Source of the DNA: Bacteroidales bacterium
GTDB taxonomy: Bacteria; Bacteroidota; Bacteroidia; Bacteroidales; VadinHA17
Direction: 5' to 3'
Assembly (NCBI GenBank): GCA_035390825.1
Contig: DAOOUQ010000005.1
Location: forward strand, 68,517 to 132,516
DNA: 64,000 nucleotides
Made by a program: the position numbers and the translations under genes. Below the pieces are notes generated by a model. That model was given only the letters and a program-made list of their open reading frames with translations. It had not been told where the DNA came from and ran no database searches. This document shows positions 1 through 9,123 of the stretch, one piece after another. How positions within the stretch are numbered: position 1 is the first letter of the stretch; every line of letters begins with the position of its first letter.

Positions 1-725
1 ATCTGACTGTTGAAAATGCCTGCCTGGGTTGTTACATCATTGAAGTAGCGGTTTCCCTTGACCTCATCGTTCCTGTAAAGTCTGTCGCCGGCAAGCGAAT
101 CGTGTTCAAAACGCAGATCGCTGGCCCCGTAACTGCGGGAAGTGTGTACTGAATGATTCAGAAGGTACATGTCGAGGTCACCGTCACGGTCGTAGTCGAA
201 GAATGCTGCCTGAGTTGAAAATCCCTGAAAGTCAAGCCCATATTTTTCTGCTTCTTCTTTGAATGTAAGATCTCCCTGGTTTATGAAGAGCTGGTTTCTG
301 CCATGAATGCCTTTGTAATTTCCTACCTGGCAAACATATATGTCAAGGAACCCGTCTCCGTTTACGTCTGCCATTGTAACACCGGTTTTCCAGTCGCCCT
401 GGCCTGCAACCCCTGCTTTTCCGGTGATATCTTCAAATACAAAGTTGCCTTTGTTAAGATAGAGCTTATTTGGATTCTGATTTGATGTAAAATAAAGATC
501 CACAAGGCCGTCGTTGTTGATATCCCCGGCAGCGACTCCGGCCCCGTTATTGAAATAGAGGTATTGGATCATATTAAACTGTTCCGTTTCTGTAAGCTTG
601 TTCACGAAGTCAACATTGGTTTCCGAAGGCGGAAGCAATGTCAAAAGTTTGTTTTCTTCATTCATGGTGGGTTTACAGGACCCGATCAGGCAAAATGCAA
701 GTAAAAAGATTACAGAATGTTTCAT
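1..725 (-). CDS. FG-GAP/VCBS-repeat (ASPIC/UnbV, CRTAC1-like) lipoprotein. Only the 5' part is present; the gene runs off the window start.
   Basis: It is absent from the ORF track because it is open at the window edge. My translation of the reverse strand from the ATG at 725 gives MKHSVIFLLAFCLIGSCKPTMNEENKLLTLLPPSETNVDFVNKL...YFNNGAGVAAGDINNDGLVDLYFTSNQNPNKLYLNKGNFVFEDIT...MADVNGDGFLDIYV...FFDYDRDGDLDMYLLNHS. It has a lipobox (LIGSC) and repeated DxNxDGxxD FG-GAP/VCBS motifs. Confidence 0.65.
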   Translation of the reverse strand, partial: MKHSVIFLLAFCLIGSCKPTMNEENKLLTLLPPSETNVDFVNKLTETEQFNMIQYLYFNNGAGVAAGDINNDGLVDLYFTSNQNPNKLYLNKGNFVFEDITGKAGVAGQGDWKTGVTMADVNGDGFLDIYVCQVGNYKGIHGRNQLFINQGDLTFKEEAEKYGLDFQGFSTQAAFFDYDRDGDLDMYLLNHSVHTSRSYGASDLRFEHDSLAGDRLYRNDEVKGNRYFNDVTTQAGIFNSQ

Positions 726-1015
726 ATCAGAGTGTTACCGGCAGAATAATTAAATTTCAATAAACAGAAGTTCAGGATTACAGCTCATCGTCCAATTCAT
801 GGCTGAGTGTCCAAAAGTACTATTTTACATAATATGTTTTTAAGTATTGTTTTTTTTAATATTTTTTTAGTATTTTGTATTCGGAAAATTTTACCCTACT
901 AACCTAAACCGAAGCCTATGAAACAAAACGAATCTTGAATCCGGCCGTATACGGTCTTTTTTGTCGCTATCTTTATAGCCATCAAAACCTTTTACTAACC
1001 TAATATTTATTCTTA

Positions 1016-3991
1016 ATGACAAAACAAAATTCACACTTTGTTCCATTGCTGACGTGTTTAAAAAAACACGTTTTGCTAATGGGACTGGCAATTGTTTTAT
1101 TATTGTCAGGTACTTTTCAGATTTCTGCCGCCTCTGTATCGGAAGATCAGCAAAAAACGGTAAGCGGCCGTATCACTGATGCAAACAATCAGCCCTTGCC
1201 CGGTGTAAATATTCTTGAGAAAGGCACCCTGAATGGAGCGATTTCAGATGCTGACGGAAAGTTTTCGATGAATGTTGCCTCCGCCAATTCGGTACTCGTA
1301 TTCTCATTTGTAGGGTACACGACTCAGGAAGTCACCGTAGGTTCACAGTCTTCAATTAATGTTACACTGGCTGAAAGTGCCATCGGACTCGATGAAATTG
1401 TTGTGGTCGGTTATGGAACACAGCAGAAAAGAGCAATATCCGGTTCAGTTGCGAACGTCGCGGAGAAAAGCTTCAACGCAGGAGTGACCCGTACAGCTGC
1501 CGACTTTATCCAGGGTAAGGTTGCTGGTCTGACGATTACAACATCAACAGGGGATGTTACGGCAGAACAATCAATGAGGTTAAGGGGTACATCATCCCTT
1601 ACCGGGAGCAGCGAGCCTTTTGTTGTTATTGACGGTGTACCGGGGCTGGGCCTGAACTCAGTTGCTCCCCAGGATATTGAGTCAATCAGCGTTCTGAAGG
1701 ATGCTTCTGCTGCAGCCATCTATGGTTCCAGATCGGCCAGCGGTGTTATCCTTATAACAACCAAAAAAGGCACTAAGGACAGAACAACAGTAGATTATAA
1801 TGGCTATTTTGCCATTGACAAAGTTTCAAACACTCCTGATGTTCTTACAGCAGCCGAATACAGAAAATGGGCTCAGGACAATAATGTTGATATATCCGTT
1901 TTTGATAAGGGCGCAAACACAAACTGGTTTGACGAGATAATGAGAACCGGTATAACCCAGAACCACGATCTTTCAATTTCCGGTGCTGGTGCTACCAACA
2001 GTTACAGGGTTTCTCTTTCATACCTCGACCAGGAAGGTGTTGTTATGGATAATTACCAGAAACGTTTAAATACCAGATTCGCAGTAAATCAGAAAGCACT
2101 GAAAAATAAACTGGATCTTTCCGTTTCAGGAGGTCTGAACCAGAGAGACTATCAGGCTACGGATACAAGGAACTTCGTGCTGTGCTATAACGTGGTGCCT
2201 ACGATCCCTGTAAAATATGAAGACGGTACATGGTGGGATTCTGATGAATATGACCAGGGTAATCCGGTCAGAAACATGACATACAACAAGTTCCCGAAGA
2301 AAACCGGACTTATCTATGTCAATGGCAAGGCAAACCTCACTATCATCGAAGGTCTAACCGCAGGAGTAAACTTCTATAAGGAACGTGAATCGCGCGATTA
2401 TGCAGACTATACCGATTCAAGGACCCGATATGGAAGAGCCGACAATGGTATTGCATCACGCGAACAGAGAACCTATGACAAACAGCTTCTCGAGACCACC
2501 GTTACCTACGGGAAAAAATTCGGGAACCATGATGTAAACCTTCTGGGAGGTTATTCATATGAGGAGAACCATTACCAGCAGGCATTTGCACGAAACCGCT
2601 ATTTTGTCACTAACATATTCGGATTCAATAACCTCAGCGCTGGTGAAAACCTGTTGACAGGTGATGTTTCATCTTATGCAGATATGAGTAAGCTGATATC
2701 ATTTTTCGGAAGGTTGAATTATTCACTCTCTGATAAGTATATCCTGTCAGCAGCAATACGTCGTGACGGTTCATCAAAATTCGGAAAGAACAATAAATGG
2801 GGTACCTTCCCTTCAATTTCTTTCGCATGGAGAATAATTGATGAGAATTTCATGCAGGGTACAAAAGGGTGGCTCGATGAATTGAAACTGCGTGTTGGCT
2901 ACGGCCAGTCAGGTAACCAGAGCGGTCTCGCTCCATACCAGTCAATGTCGCTGTACGGTTCATCAGGACTGTATTATGATAACGGCAAATGGCACACAGC
3001 TTATTCTGTAAGCCAGAACCCGAACCCGAACCTTAAGTGGGAAACGACATCGATGTTCAACGTGGGAGTTGACTTCAGCCTGTTCAAAGCAAGATTGAGC
3101 GGTACAATTGAATACTATGACAAGACTACCAATGACCTGCTTTACAACTATGCAGTCCCCGTTCCTCCATATATGTATTCAACAATGGCAGCTAACGTAG
3201 GATCAATGAGCAACAAGGGTATTGAACTTACACTTACCGGTGATGTCATAAGAAAATCAAATTTCAGATGGACAATGTCTGTAAACGCAGCACATAACAA
3301 GAACAAAATTGTATCCCTTTCCAATGAAGAATTCACCACTTCTGTTATAAAGACAGGAAGCGCATGGGTTAGGGGAGGTTCAACAAATACAACCCATATT
3401 ATCCAGGAAGGTTACCAGGTAGGACAGTTTTTTGGCCCTGAATGTCTTGGAATTGATGATGCCGGAAAATATATTCTCAACGACATGGTTGACGGAATTC
3501 CCGGATTCACAGTTGGTGACTATACATATATAGGTAAGGCACAGCCTTTACTGACTTATGGTATCAGCAACAACCTGACATACAAGAACTGGGATCTGAA
3601 TTTCTTTATCCGCGGCGTTTATGGCAACGATGTGCTTAACTTCTCAAAAATGTCATATGCCAACCTTCAGTGGCTGCCAGGTGCAAATGCACTGTATGCA
3701 GGACTGACACTTGGTTTGAAACAGAGCCCGTTCTATAACAGCTATTACATTGAAAAAGGATCTTTCGCAAGACTTGACAATATGACGTTGTCATATTCAA
3801 TTTTGCCTAAGGATATGCTGGGAATCAGCAGGATAAGATTATATGCTACAACCCATAATTTGTTCACAATAACAAAATATCAGGGAGTTGATCCTGAAGT
3901 GTCAATGAGCGGACTTGATCCAGGTATTGAAGGCAGGGAATATTACCCTAAATCAAGGACTTTCCTGTTGGGCATAAATGTAACTTTTTAA
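1016..3991 (+). CDS. SusC/RagA-family TonB-dependent outer-membrane receptor
   Basis: 991 aa with a signal peptide. It has a carboxypeptidase-regulatory-like N-domain (GRITDANNQPLPGVNILEKGTLNGAISDADGKFSMNV), a plug region (DEIVVVGYGTQQKR...) and a C-terminal beta-barrel ending in F. A SusD gene follows immediately. There is no STN extension. Confidence 0.9.
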   Translation: MTKQNSHFVPLLTCLKKHVLLMGLAIVLLLSGTFQISAASVSEDQQKTVSGRITDANNQPLPGVNILEKGTLNGAISDADGKFSMNVASANSVLVFSFVGYTTQEVTVGSQSSINVTLAESAIGLDEIVVVGYGTQQKRAISGSVANVAEKSFNAGVTRTAADFIQGKVAGLTITTSTGDVTAEQSMRLRGTSSLTGSSEPFVVIDGVPGLGLNSVAPQDIESISVLKDASAAAIYGSRSASGVILITTKKGTKDRTTVDYNGYFAIDKVSNTPDVLTAAEYRKWAQDNNVDISVFDKGANTNWFDEIMRTGITQNHDLSISGAGATNSYRVSLSYLDQEGVVMDNYQKRLNTRFAVNQKALKNKLDLSVSGGLNQRDYQATDTRNFVLCYNVVPTIPVKYEDGTWWDSDEYDQGNPVRNMTYNKFPKKTGLIYVNGKANLTIIEGLTAGVNFYKERESRDYADYTDSRTRYGRADNGIASREQRTYDKQLLETTVTYGKKFGNHDVNLLGGYSYEENHYQQAFARNRYFVTNIFGFNNLSAGENLLTGDVSSYADMSKLISFFGRLNYSLSDKYILSAAIRRDGSSKFGKNNKWGTFPSISFAWRIIDENFMQGTKGWLDELKLRVGYGQSGNQSGLAPYQSMSLYGSSGLYYDNGKWHTAYSVSQNPNPNLKWETTSMFNVGVDFSLFKARLSGTIEYYDKTTNDLLYNYAVPVPPYMYSTMAANVGSMSNKGIELTLTGDVIRKSNFRWTMSVNAAHNKNKIVSLSNEEFTTSVIKTGSAWVRGGSTNTTHIIQEGYQVGQFFGPECLGIDDAGKYILNDMVDGIPGFTVGDYTYIGKAQPLLTYGISNNLTYKNWDLNFFIRGVYGNDVLNFSKMSYANLQWLPGANALYAGLTLGLKQSPFYNSYYIEKGSFARLDNMTLSYSILPKDMLGISRIRLYATTHNLFTITKYQGVDPEVSMSGLDPGIEGREYYPKSRTFLLGINVTF

Positions 3992-4003
3992 CTTTAAAAT
4001 TGA

Positions 4004-5536
4004 ATGATTATGAAAAAGTTATCACTATACTTTGCATTATTGATGCTCATTGGATTAATGACAGTAAGATGTACGAATCTTGATGAGGAGGTATATACCC
4101 AGATACCTATGGATACCTATGGAACTACAGAAGCTGAGATCAACTCGCTTATAGCTCCTATCTACACCCGTCTGAGGGACTTTAACTGCGTTGGCAGTCC
4201 TGCCCCCAAGGAAAACTGCACCGATATGTCAGTTACCCCTACAAGAAGGGGTGGTGACTGGTGGGATGGCGGTGCATATAAGGAAATGACCCAGGGAAAA
4301 TGGAGGCCTCAAACCAGTGCTGCTATAAGAATCTACAACGACAGTTACTCGAGAATTACTAACTTCAACCAGATCATATACCTTATCAATCAGAGCCAGG
4401 CTATAGCTGACAAGGAACCATATCTCTGCCAGGTCAGGGCTGCAAGGGCGATGAGGTATATTGAACTTATTGACTGCTACGGAAATGTTCCCCTTGTGAC
4501 AGACTTTACTGATCTCAGCAAACCTGTTACAAAATCAAGGGCAGAAGTCTATAACTGGGTTCTATCGGAACTTAATGATATTAAGGATAAGATCAGGGCA
4601 GACGTTACCCCTGCCAGCTATGGCAAATTCACAAAGGGTGCAGTTTATTTCATGCTTGCAAAAATGTATCTTAATGCTATGGTGTGGAATCCTGCAGGTG
4701 GCCCTAAATGGCAGGAATGTATAGATGCATGCAACGTAATTATGGGATTGCCTTATAAACTTGAGGCCGACTGGAAAGGTCAGTTCAGCGCCAATAACGA
4801 GAATTCAAAAGAAGCCATCCTGGTTGCTGTTAACAGTATTACCAGTTCCTTCCCTGCCCGCGGCTACACCCTCCATTATCTGGATCCTATAGCTCTTGGG
4901 CTTCCGGGAAGTGCCAACAATGGTATCTGCGCAATGCCTGATTATGTGAAATCATTTGATCCTGATGATAAACGATATCTTGGAAGTTTCCTGATCGGCC
5001 CGATGATAAATCCGTCGACCGGAGAGGTAATAGTAACGGCTCACGGACGTCCTTTGATCCACACGGTTGACGTAACCATGAAATATGCGATTGATGCTGA
5101 CGGCTGGGGACAGGTTGAGCAGGAAGACGGAGCACGCTGCAACAAGTGGGAGTACAAAAAAGGTGCAACTGCCATGGAAAACGACTGCGCTATATACAGG
5201 CTTGCAGATGTTTACCTCATGAAAGCCGAATGTCTGGTACGACTTGACCAGGATAATGAAGAAGCAACAAGGCTTGTCAATGAGCTCAGGAAAAGAGCTT
5301 TCGATGATCCTGCCAAACTAAAAACCAGTGTCACCCTTAATGATATCTACCTCGAACGCAGGTTTGAGCTCGCATGGGAAAACTGGGGCAGACAAGACAT
5401 GATCAGATTCGGAACATTCCTGGACCCGATTCCCGGATGGAGATCAGAGCGACTTCCTGAATACCGCCTTCTGTTCCCGATTCCTCAAACAGCAATTGAT
5501 GCAAACCCGAATTTACAGCAGAACCCGGGTTATTAA
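4004..5536 (+). CDS. SusD/RagB-family nutrient-binding outer-membrane lipoprotein
   Basis: 510 aa, starting 13 nt after susC. The lipoprotein signal ends in RC, and acidic residues follow the Cys (CTNLDEEVY). SusD-like C-terminal motifs are present (YRLADVYLMKAECL, ERRFELAWENWGRQDMIRF). Confidence 0.85.
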   Translation: MIMKKLSLYFALLMLIGLMTVRCTNLDEEVYTQIPMDTYGTTEAEINSLIAPIYTRLRDFNCVGSPAPKENCTDMSVTPTRRGGDWWDGGAYKEMTQGKWRPQTSAAIRIYNDSYSRITNFNQIIYLINQSQAIADKEPYLCQVRAARAMRYIELIDCYGNVPLVTDFTDLSKPVTKSRAEVYNWVLSELNDIKDKIRADVTPASYGKFTKGAVYFMLAKMYLNAMVWNPAGGPKWQECIDACNVIMGLPYKLEADWKGQFSANNENSKEAILVAVNSITSSFPARGYTLHYLDPIALGLPGSANNGICAMPDYVKSFDPDDKRYLGSFLIGPMINPSTGEVIVTAHGRPLIHTVDVTMKYAIDADGWGQVEQEDGARCNKWEYKKGATAMENDCAIYRLADVYLMKAECLVRLDQDNEEATRLVNELRKRAFDDPAKLKTSVTLNDIYLERRFELAWENWGRQDMIRFGTFLDPIPGWRSERLPEYRLLFPIPQTAIDANPNLQQNPGY

Positions 5537-5590
5537 AAAAAGTTAAAACTATGACAGTGTAGTTTAACCAGTAAAAATCTGATTAATTTT

Positions 5591-5644
5591 GAGAGGGTGT
5601 TTTGAGTCGGGACAAAAATAATCCGTCACTCAAATCACCCTCTT
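5591..5644 (+). terminator. Long imperfect stem-loop between susD and the downstream genes (intra-operon attenuator or mRNA-stabilising hairpin)
   Basis: AGAGGGTG (5592-5599) pairs with CACCCTCT (5636-5643). TTTGAGT (5601-5607) pairs with ACTCAAA (5628-5634). CGG (5608-5610) pairs with CCG (5623-5625). That is about 18 bp in total. It is followed by AT-rich sequence but no clean U-tract. Confidence 0.45.
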
Positions 5645-5723
5645 AATTCTTTAAATAAATGATTGTCAACTGATCTGAAAGTTACCCTTAGTATCAATAC
5701 TAATTCTTTAAAATTTTAACAAA

Positions 5724-6563
5724 ATGAAAAAACTTCTGTTTTTTGCCTTACTTCTTTTTCCGGCTTTGGCCCTGACAGCCCAGGAAAGGCAACGTCCGGC
5801 CCAGTCACGCCAGCCAGGTCAGGCTCCTGCACAAATGGGTCAGCCCGGCCAGACTGCCGAACCTCAGCAATACCCGGCACGCATGACTCCTCAGATGACT
5901 GAATTTTTCGATCCTCCGGTGAAAGTTATTGAACCCCCGGCCCAGGTCGGAATGCCTCCTTCAGATGCCATAATCCTTTTCGACGGCACTGACGTCAACA
6001 AGGAATGGGAAGACAGCAGGGGAAATCCGACAAAATGGATTGTTCAGGATGGTTCACTTGTTTGTGTCAAGGGATCCGGTGTTATCCAGACAAAGAGAAA
6101 ATTCAACGACTTCCAGCTTCATATTGAATGGAAGACTCCGGAAAATGTGACAGGAAGCGGACAGGGCAGGGGTAATAGCGGGGTTTATCTCCAGAGCCTT
6201 TATGAAATACAGGTGCTTGACAGCTATGACAATCCTACATACAGGCAGGGACAGGCTGGCGCTCTATACAAGCAGTATGCACCCCTTGTAAACGTTTGCA
6301 GGAAACCTGGTGAATGGCAATCATATGACATTATTTATACAGCACCTCGCTTCGGCAACGACAGTACATCATATTTCACCCCTCCAAGGGTTACTGTTCT
6401 CCAGAACGGAGTTCTGATCCAGAACAATGTAAGTCTGAGAGGGCCAACTTTGTATGTTGGAATACCTGAATATTCGATAAAGAAACATGGTGCATTGCCA
6501 CTGGTGCTTCAGGATCACGGAAATCCTGTTGCTTTCAGAAATATCTGGATAAGAGAACTGTAA
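5724..6563 (+). CDS. DUF1080 (3-keto-disaccharide hydrolase-like, concanavalin-fold) secreted protein
   Basis: 279 aa with a signal peptide and a Q/P-rich linker (RQPGQAPAQMGQPGQTAEPQQ). Family-typical motifs: FQLHIEWKTPE, GNSGVYLQSLYEIQVLDSY, GALYKQYAP, PGEWQSYDI, LQDHGNPVAFRNIWIREL. Confidence 0.75.
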   Translation: MKKLLFFALLLFPALALTAQERQRPAQSRQPGQAPAQMGQPGQTAEPQQYPARMTPQMTEFFDPPVKVIEPPAQVGMPPSDAIILFDGTDVNKEWEDSRGNPTKWIVQDGSLVCVKGSGVIQTKRKFNDFQLHIEWKTPENVTGSGQGRGNSGVYLQSLYEIQVLDSYDNPTYRQGQAGALYKQYAPLVNVCRKPGEWQSYDIIYTAPRFGNDSTSYFTPPRVTVLQNGVLIQNNVSLRGPTLYVGIPEYSIKKHGALPLVLQDHGNPVAFRNIWIREL

Positions 6564-6583
6564 AAACACTGATTCATTTTGAA

Positions 6584-6650
6584 GGATGCATGTTGAAGGT
6601 TGCGACCTGATGATTAAAAATCAATTTGCAAATACTGAAAACATGCATCC
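6584..6650 (+). promoter_or_regulatory. 11-bp perfect inverted repeat (GGATGCATGTT / AACATGCATCC) with a 45-nt spacer, in the DUF1080-oxidoreductase intergenic region
   Basis: Arms are at 6584-6594 and 6640-6650. The spacer contains a small AGGT-TGCG-ACCT hairpin. Function is unknown; it could be an RNA structure or an operator. Confidence 0.3.
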
Positions 6651-6742
6651 AGTATCTTAATCAATTATTACTTGCATTCATCCGGAATTTATTAATTTTA
6701 CAAATAAATCCAATCTTTACAATAAACTTAAAATACCTGACA

Positions 6743-8230
6743 ATGAAAGAGAATTCCAACAAGATCACACGCCGCAACTTTATCGGAACAACCGGAGCGG
6801 TAGCTGCCGGACTCACAATTGTTCCCAGCCAGGTTGTCAGCGGATTGGGCCACAGGGCTCCAAGCGACAAGCTTAATATTGCTGTCGTCGGTATCGGAGG
6901 TATGGGTAATTCAAACCTGAAAGCCGTTTCTCCGACTGAAAATATTGTAGCGCTCTGCGATGTCGACTGGGGTTATTCAAAGAAAGTTTTTGAAGCCAAT
7001 CCTAATGCAAAACGTTACTGGGACTGGAGAAAAATGTATGATGAGATGGGTAAATCAATTGATGCAGTTATTGTTGCAACAGCTGATCATACTCATGCAA
7101 TCATTGCAGCCACCGCTATTACCCTTGGAAAGCATGTTTATGTACAGAAACCTCTTACACATACGGTGTATGAATCAAGGCTTCTGACCAAACTTGCCGC
7201 AAAATACAAGGTTGCGACCCAGATGGGTAACCAGGGTTCATCGGGTGAAGGCGTCAACCTGACGGTTGAGTGGCTCAATAACGGAGAAATCGGCGATGTT
7301 AAACTCGTTGAAGCTTTCACCGACAGACCAATCTGGCCACAGGGACTTAATGTTCCAAAGGGTGAATGGGTTCCTGATACACTTAACTGGGATCTTTTCA
7401 TCGGTCCAGCCAAAATGCGTCCTTACAACAGCCTTTATACACCATGGAACTGGCGTGGCTGGTGGGATTTTGGAACAGGCGCACTTGGTGACATGGCATG
7501 CCACATTCTGCATCCTGTTTTCAAAGGTCTTAAACTTCAGTACCCGATCAAGGCACAGGGCAACTCAACATTGCTGCTTACCGACTGTGCACCAAATGCC
7601 CAAATGGTAAAACTTACATATCCTGCAAGAGTTGCTCCAAAAGGATCAAAAGTAAAATATCCTGAAGTTGAAGTCTTATGGTATGATGGTGGCCTTCAGC
7701 CAATGAAACCGGCCGGATGGCCCGCAGGCAAAAACATGAACAATGCCGGTGGTGGTGTTATTTTCCATGGTACAAAAGACAAACTCATCTGCGGTTGCTA
7801 CGGAAGGGATCCTTGGCTGCTTTCAGGACGCGTTCCCACTGCTCCCAAGACTGAACGCAGACTTCCGGATGGAGTAAGCCATGAAATGGATTGGGTACGT
7901 GCCTGCAAGGAAAGCCCGGAAACAAGAGTCAAGACAAAATCAGACTTCTCGGAAGCAGGTCCGTTCAATGAAATGGTTGTTATGGGTGTTCTTGCCGTTC
8001 GTCTCCAGGGTCTTAACAAAGAACTCGAATGGAATGGTGAAAAAATGGAATTCACCAACATTTCTGCCGATGACAAGGTCCGTCTGACAATTTCAGATAA
8101 CTTCACAATCATTGACGGTGATCCTAAATTTGACAGGCCGAATATCACAATCAATGCACGTGAATTTGCAAACGAAATGATCAAGCACACTTACCGTGCT
8201 CCCTGGTCATTGCCTGAGATGCCTGCATAG
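6743..8230 (+). CDS. Tat-exported Gfo/Idh/MocA-family NAD(P)-dependent oxidoreductase
   Basis: I chose the ATG at 6743 (MKENSNKITRRNFIGTTGAVAAGLTIVPS, a twin-arginine signal) over the TTG at 6626 in the track. A Rossmann motif (LNIAVVGIGGMGNSNL) is present, and VYVQKPL is typical of the family. Confidence 0.85.
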   Translation: MKENSNKITRRNFIGTTGAVAAGLTIVPSQVVSGLGHRAPSDKLNIAVVGIGGMGNSNLKAVSPTENIVALCDVDWGYSKKVFEANPNAKRYWDWRKMYDEMGKSIDAVIVATADHTHAIIAATAITLGKHVYVQKPLTHTVYESRLLTKLAAKYKVATQMGNQGSSGEGVNLTVEWLNNGEIGDVKLVEAFTDRPIWPQGLNVPKGEWVPDTLNWDLFIGPAKMRPYNSLYTPWNWRGWWDFGTGALGDMACHILHPVFKGLKLQYPIKAQGNSTLLLTDCAPNAQMVKLTYPARVAPKGSKVKYPEVEVLWYDGGLQPMKPAGWPAGKNMNNAGGGVIFHGTKDKLICGCYGRDPWLLSGRVPTAPKTERRLPDGVSHEMDWVRACKESPETRVKTKSDFSEAGPFNEMVVMGVLAVRLQGLNKELEWNGEKMEFTNISADDKVRLTISDNFTIIDGDPKFDRPNITINAREFANEMIKHTYRAPWSLPEMPA

Positions 8231-8270
8231 TGTCAGGAATATCGACAATGCCTGAGTATTAACATAAACG

Positions 8271-9041
8271 ATGATTAAAATGAAATTATTCAACATTCTT
8301 TTATCATGTGTTCTGGTCGCCGGACTTGCAACATCATGTGGTTCAAAAGGCAAAAAGGCCGGACAGGAAGCTGCAACAACACAACAGGCTGCTCCTGCTG
8401 CTGATGAAGGCTGGACAGTGCTTTTTGATGGTACTTCAACTGCAGGCTGGCGCGGTTATAATAAACCGACATTTCCCGCTCAGGGCTGGGAAATAGTTGA
8501 TGGCACACTTCATTGTATTGGTTCGGGCGCCGGTGAAGCCGGTGGCGCTGGCGGTGATATTATCTATGACAAGAAGTTCAGCAATTTTGAACTGTCTCTT
8601 GAATGGAAGATATCTCCCGGAGGTAACAGCGGTATTTTTATCCTCGGACAAGAAATTGCCGGTACCCCGATCTATGAATCTGCACCTGAAATGCAGATCC
8701 TCGACAATGAACGTCATCCCGACGCCAAACTTGGAACCAATGGCAACCGTATGGCAGGTTCCCTTTATGACCTCATTCCTGCCAATCCGCAGAATACAAA
8801 ACCTGCAGGTGAATGGAACCAGGTCGGAATAATCTGCTACCAGGGAACTGTTGTCTTCAAACAGAACGGAGCCAATGTTGTTGAGTTCCATCTTTGGACA
8901 GATGCCTGGAAACAGATGGTTGCAAATTCGAAATTCAAAGACTGGCCAATGTTCGTCAATCCTGCAAAAGAAGGCTATATAGGCCTTCAGGACCATGGAA
9001 ACGATGTGTGGTTCAGGAATATCAAGATCAAGGAAATGTAA
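8271..9041 (+). CDS. DUF1080 (3-keto-disaccharide hydrolase-like) lipoprotein
   Basis: 256 aa with lipobox LATSC followed by basic residues (CGSKGKK). Motifs: FELSLEWKISPGGNSGIF, EMQILDN, GSLYDLIPA, GEWNQV, LQDHGNDVWFRNIKIKEM. Confidence 0.75.
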   Translation: MIKMKLFNILLSCVLVAGLATSCGSKGKKAGQEAATTQQAAPAADEGWTVLFDGTSTAGWRGYNKPTFPAQGWEIVDGTLHCIGSGAGEAGGAGGDIIYDKKFSNFELSLEWKISPGGNSGIFILGQEIAGTPIYESAPEMQILDNERHPDAKLGTNGNRMAGSLYDLIPANPQNTKPAGEWNQVGIICYQGTVVFKQNGANVVEFHLWTDAWKQMVANSKFKDWPMFVNPAKEGYIGLQDHGNDVWFRNIKIKEM

Positions 9042-9068
9042 TTTTCCCCATCTGTTAAATAATTAACA

Positions 9069-9103
9069 AAGAGACGTCCGGCCAGGACGTCTCTTGTTTT
9101 TTT
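9069..9103 (+). terminator. Rho-independent terminator closing the SusC/D-oxidoreductase-DUF1080 operon
   Basis: GAGACGTCC (9071-9079) pairs with GGACGTCTC (9085-9093) around a 5-nt loop. It is followed by TTGTTTTTTT. It lies between convergent genes. Confidence 0.75.
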
Positions 9104-9123
9104 AATGATTTAATGGCGATTTT

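Noticed and set aside
6626-6742. 39-codon N-terminal extension of the Gfo/Idh/MocA ORF, starting at a TTG
   Set aside because: The extension is AT-rich and has no signal-peptide character. The internal ATG at 6743 is followed immediately by a textbook twin-arginine signal, so the extension is intergenic sequence.
8436-8996. 186-aa ORF antisense to the second DUF1080 gene
   Set aside because: It is fully embedded opposite a CDS that has strong family motifs. Its translation is low-complexity with no motifs, which is typical of a shadow ORF. The same reasoning applies to 8290-8508, 8308-8496 and 8497-8832.
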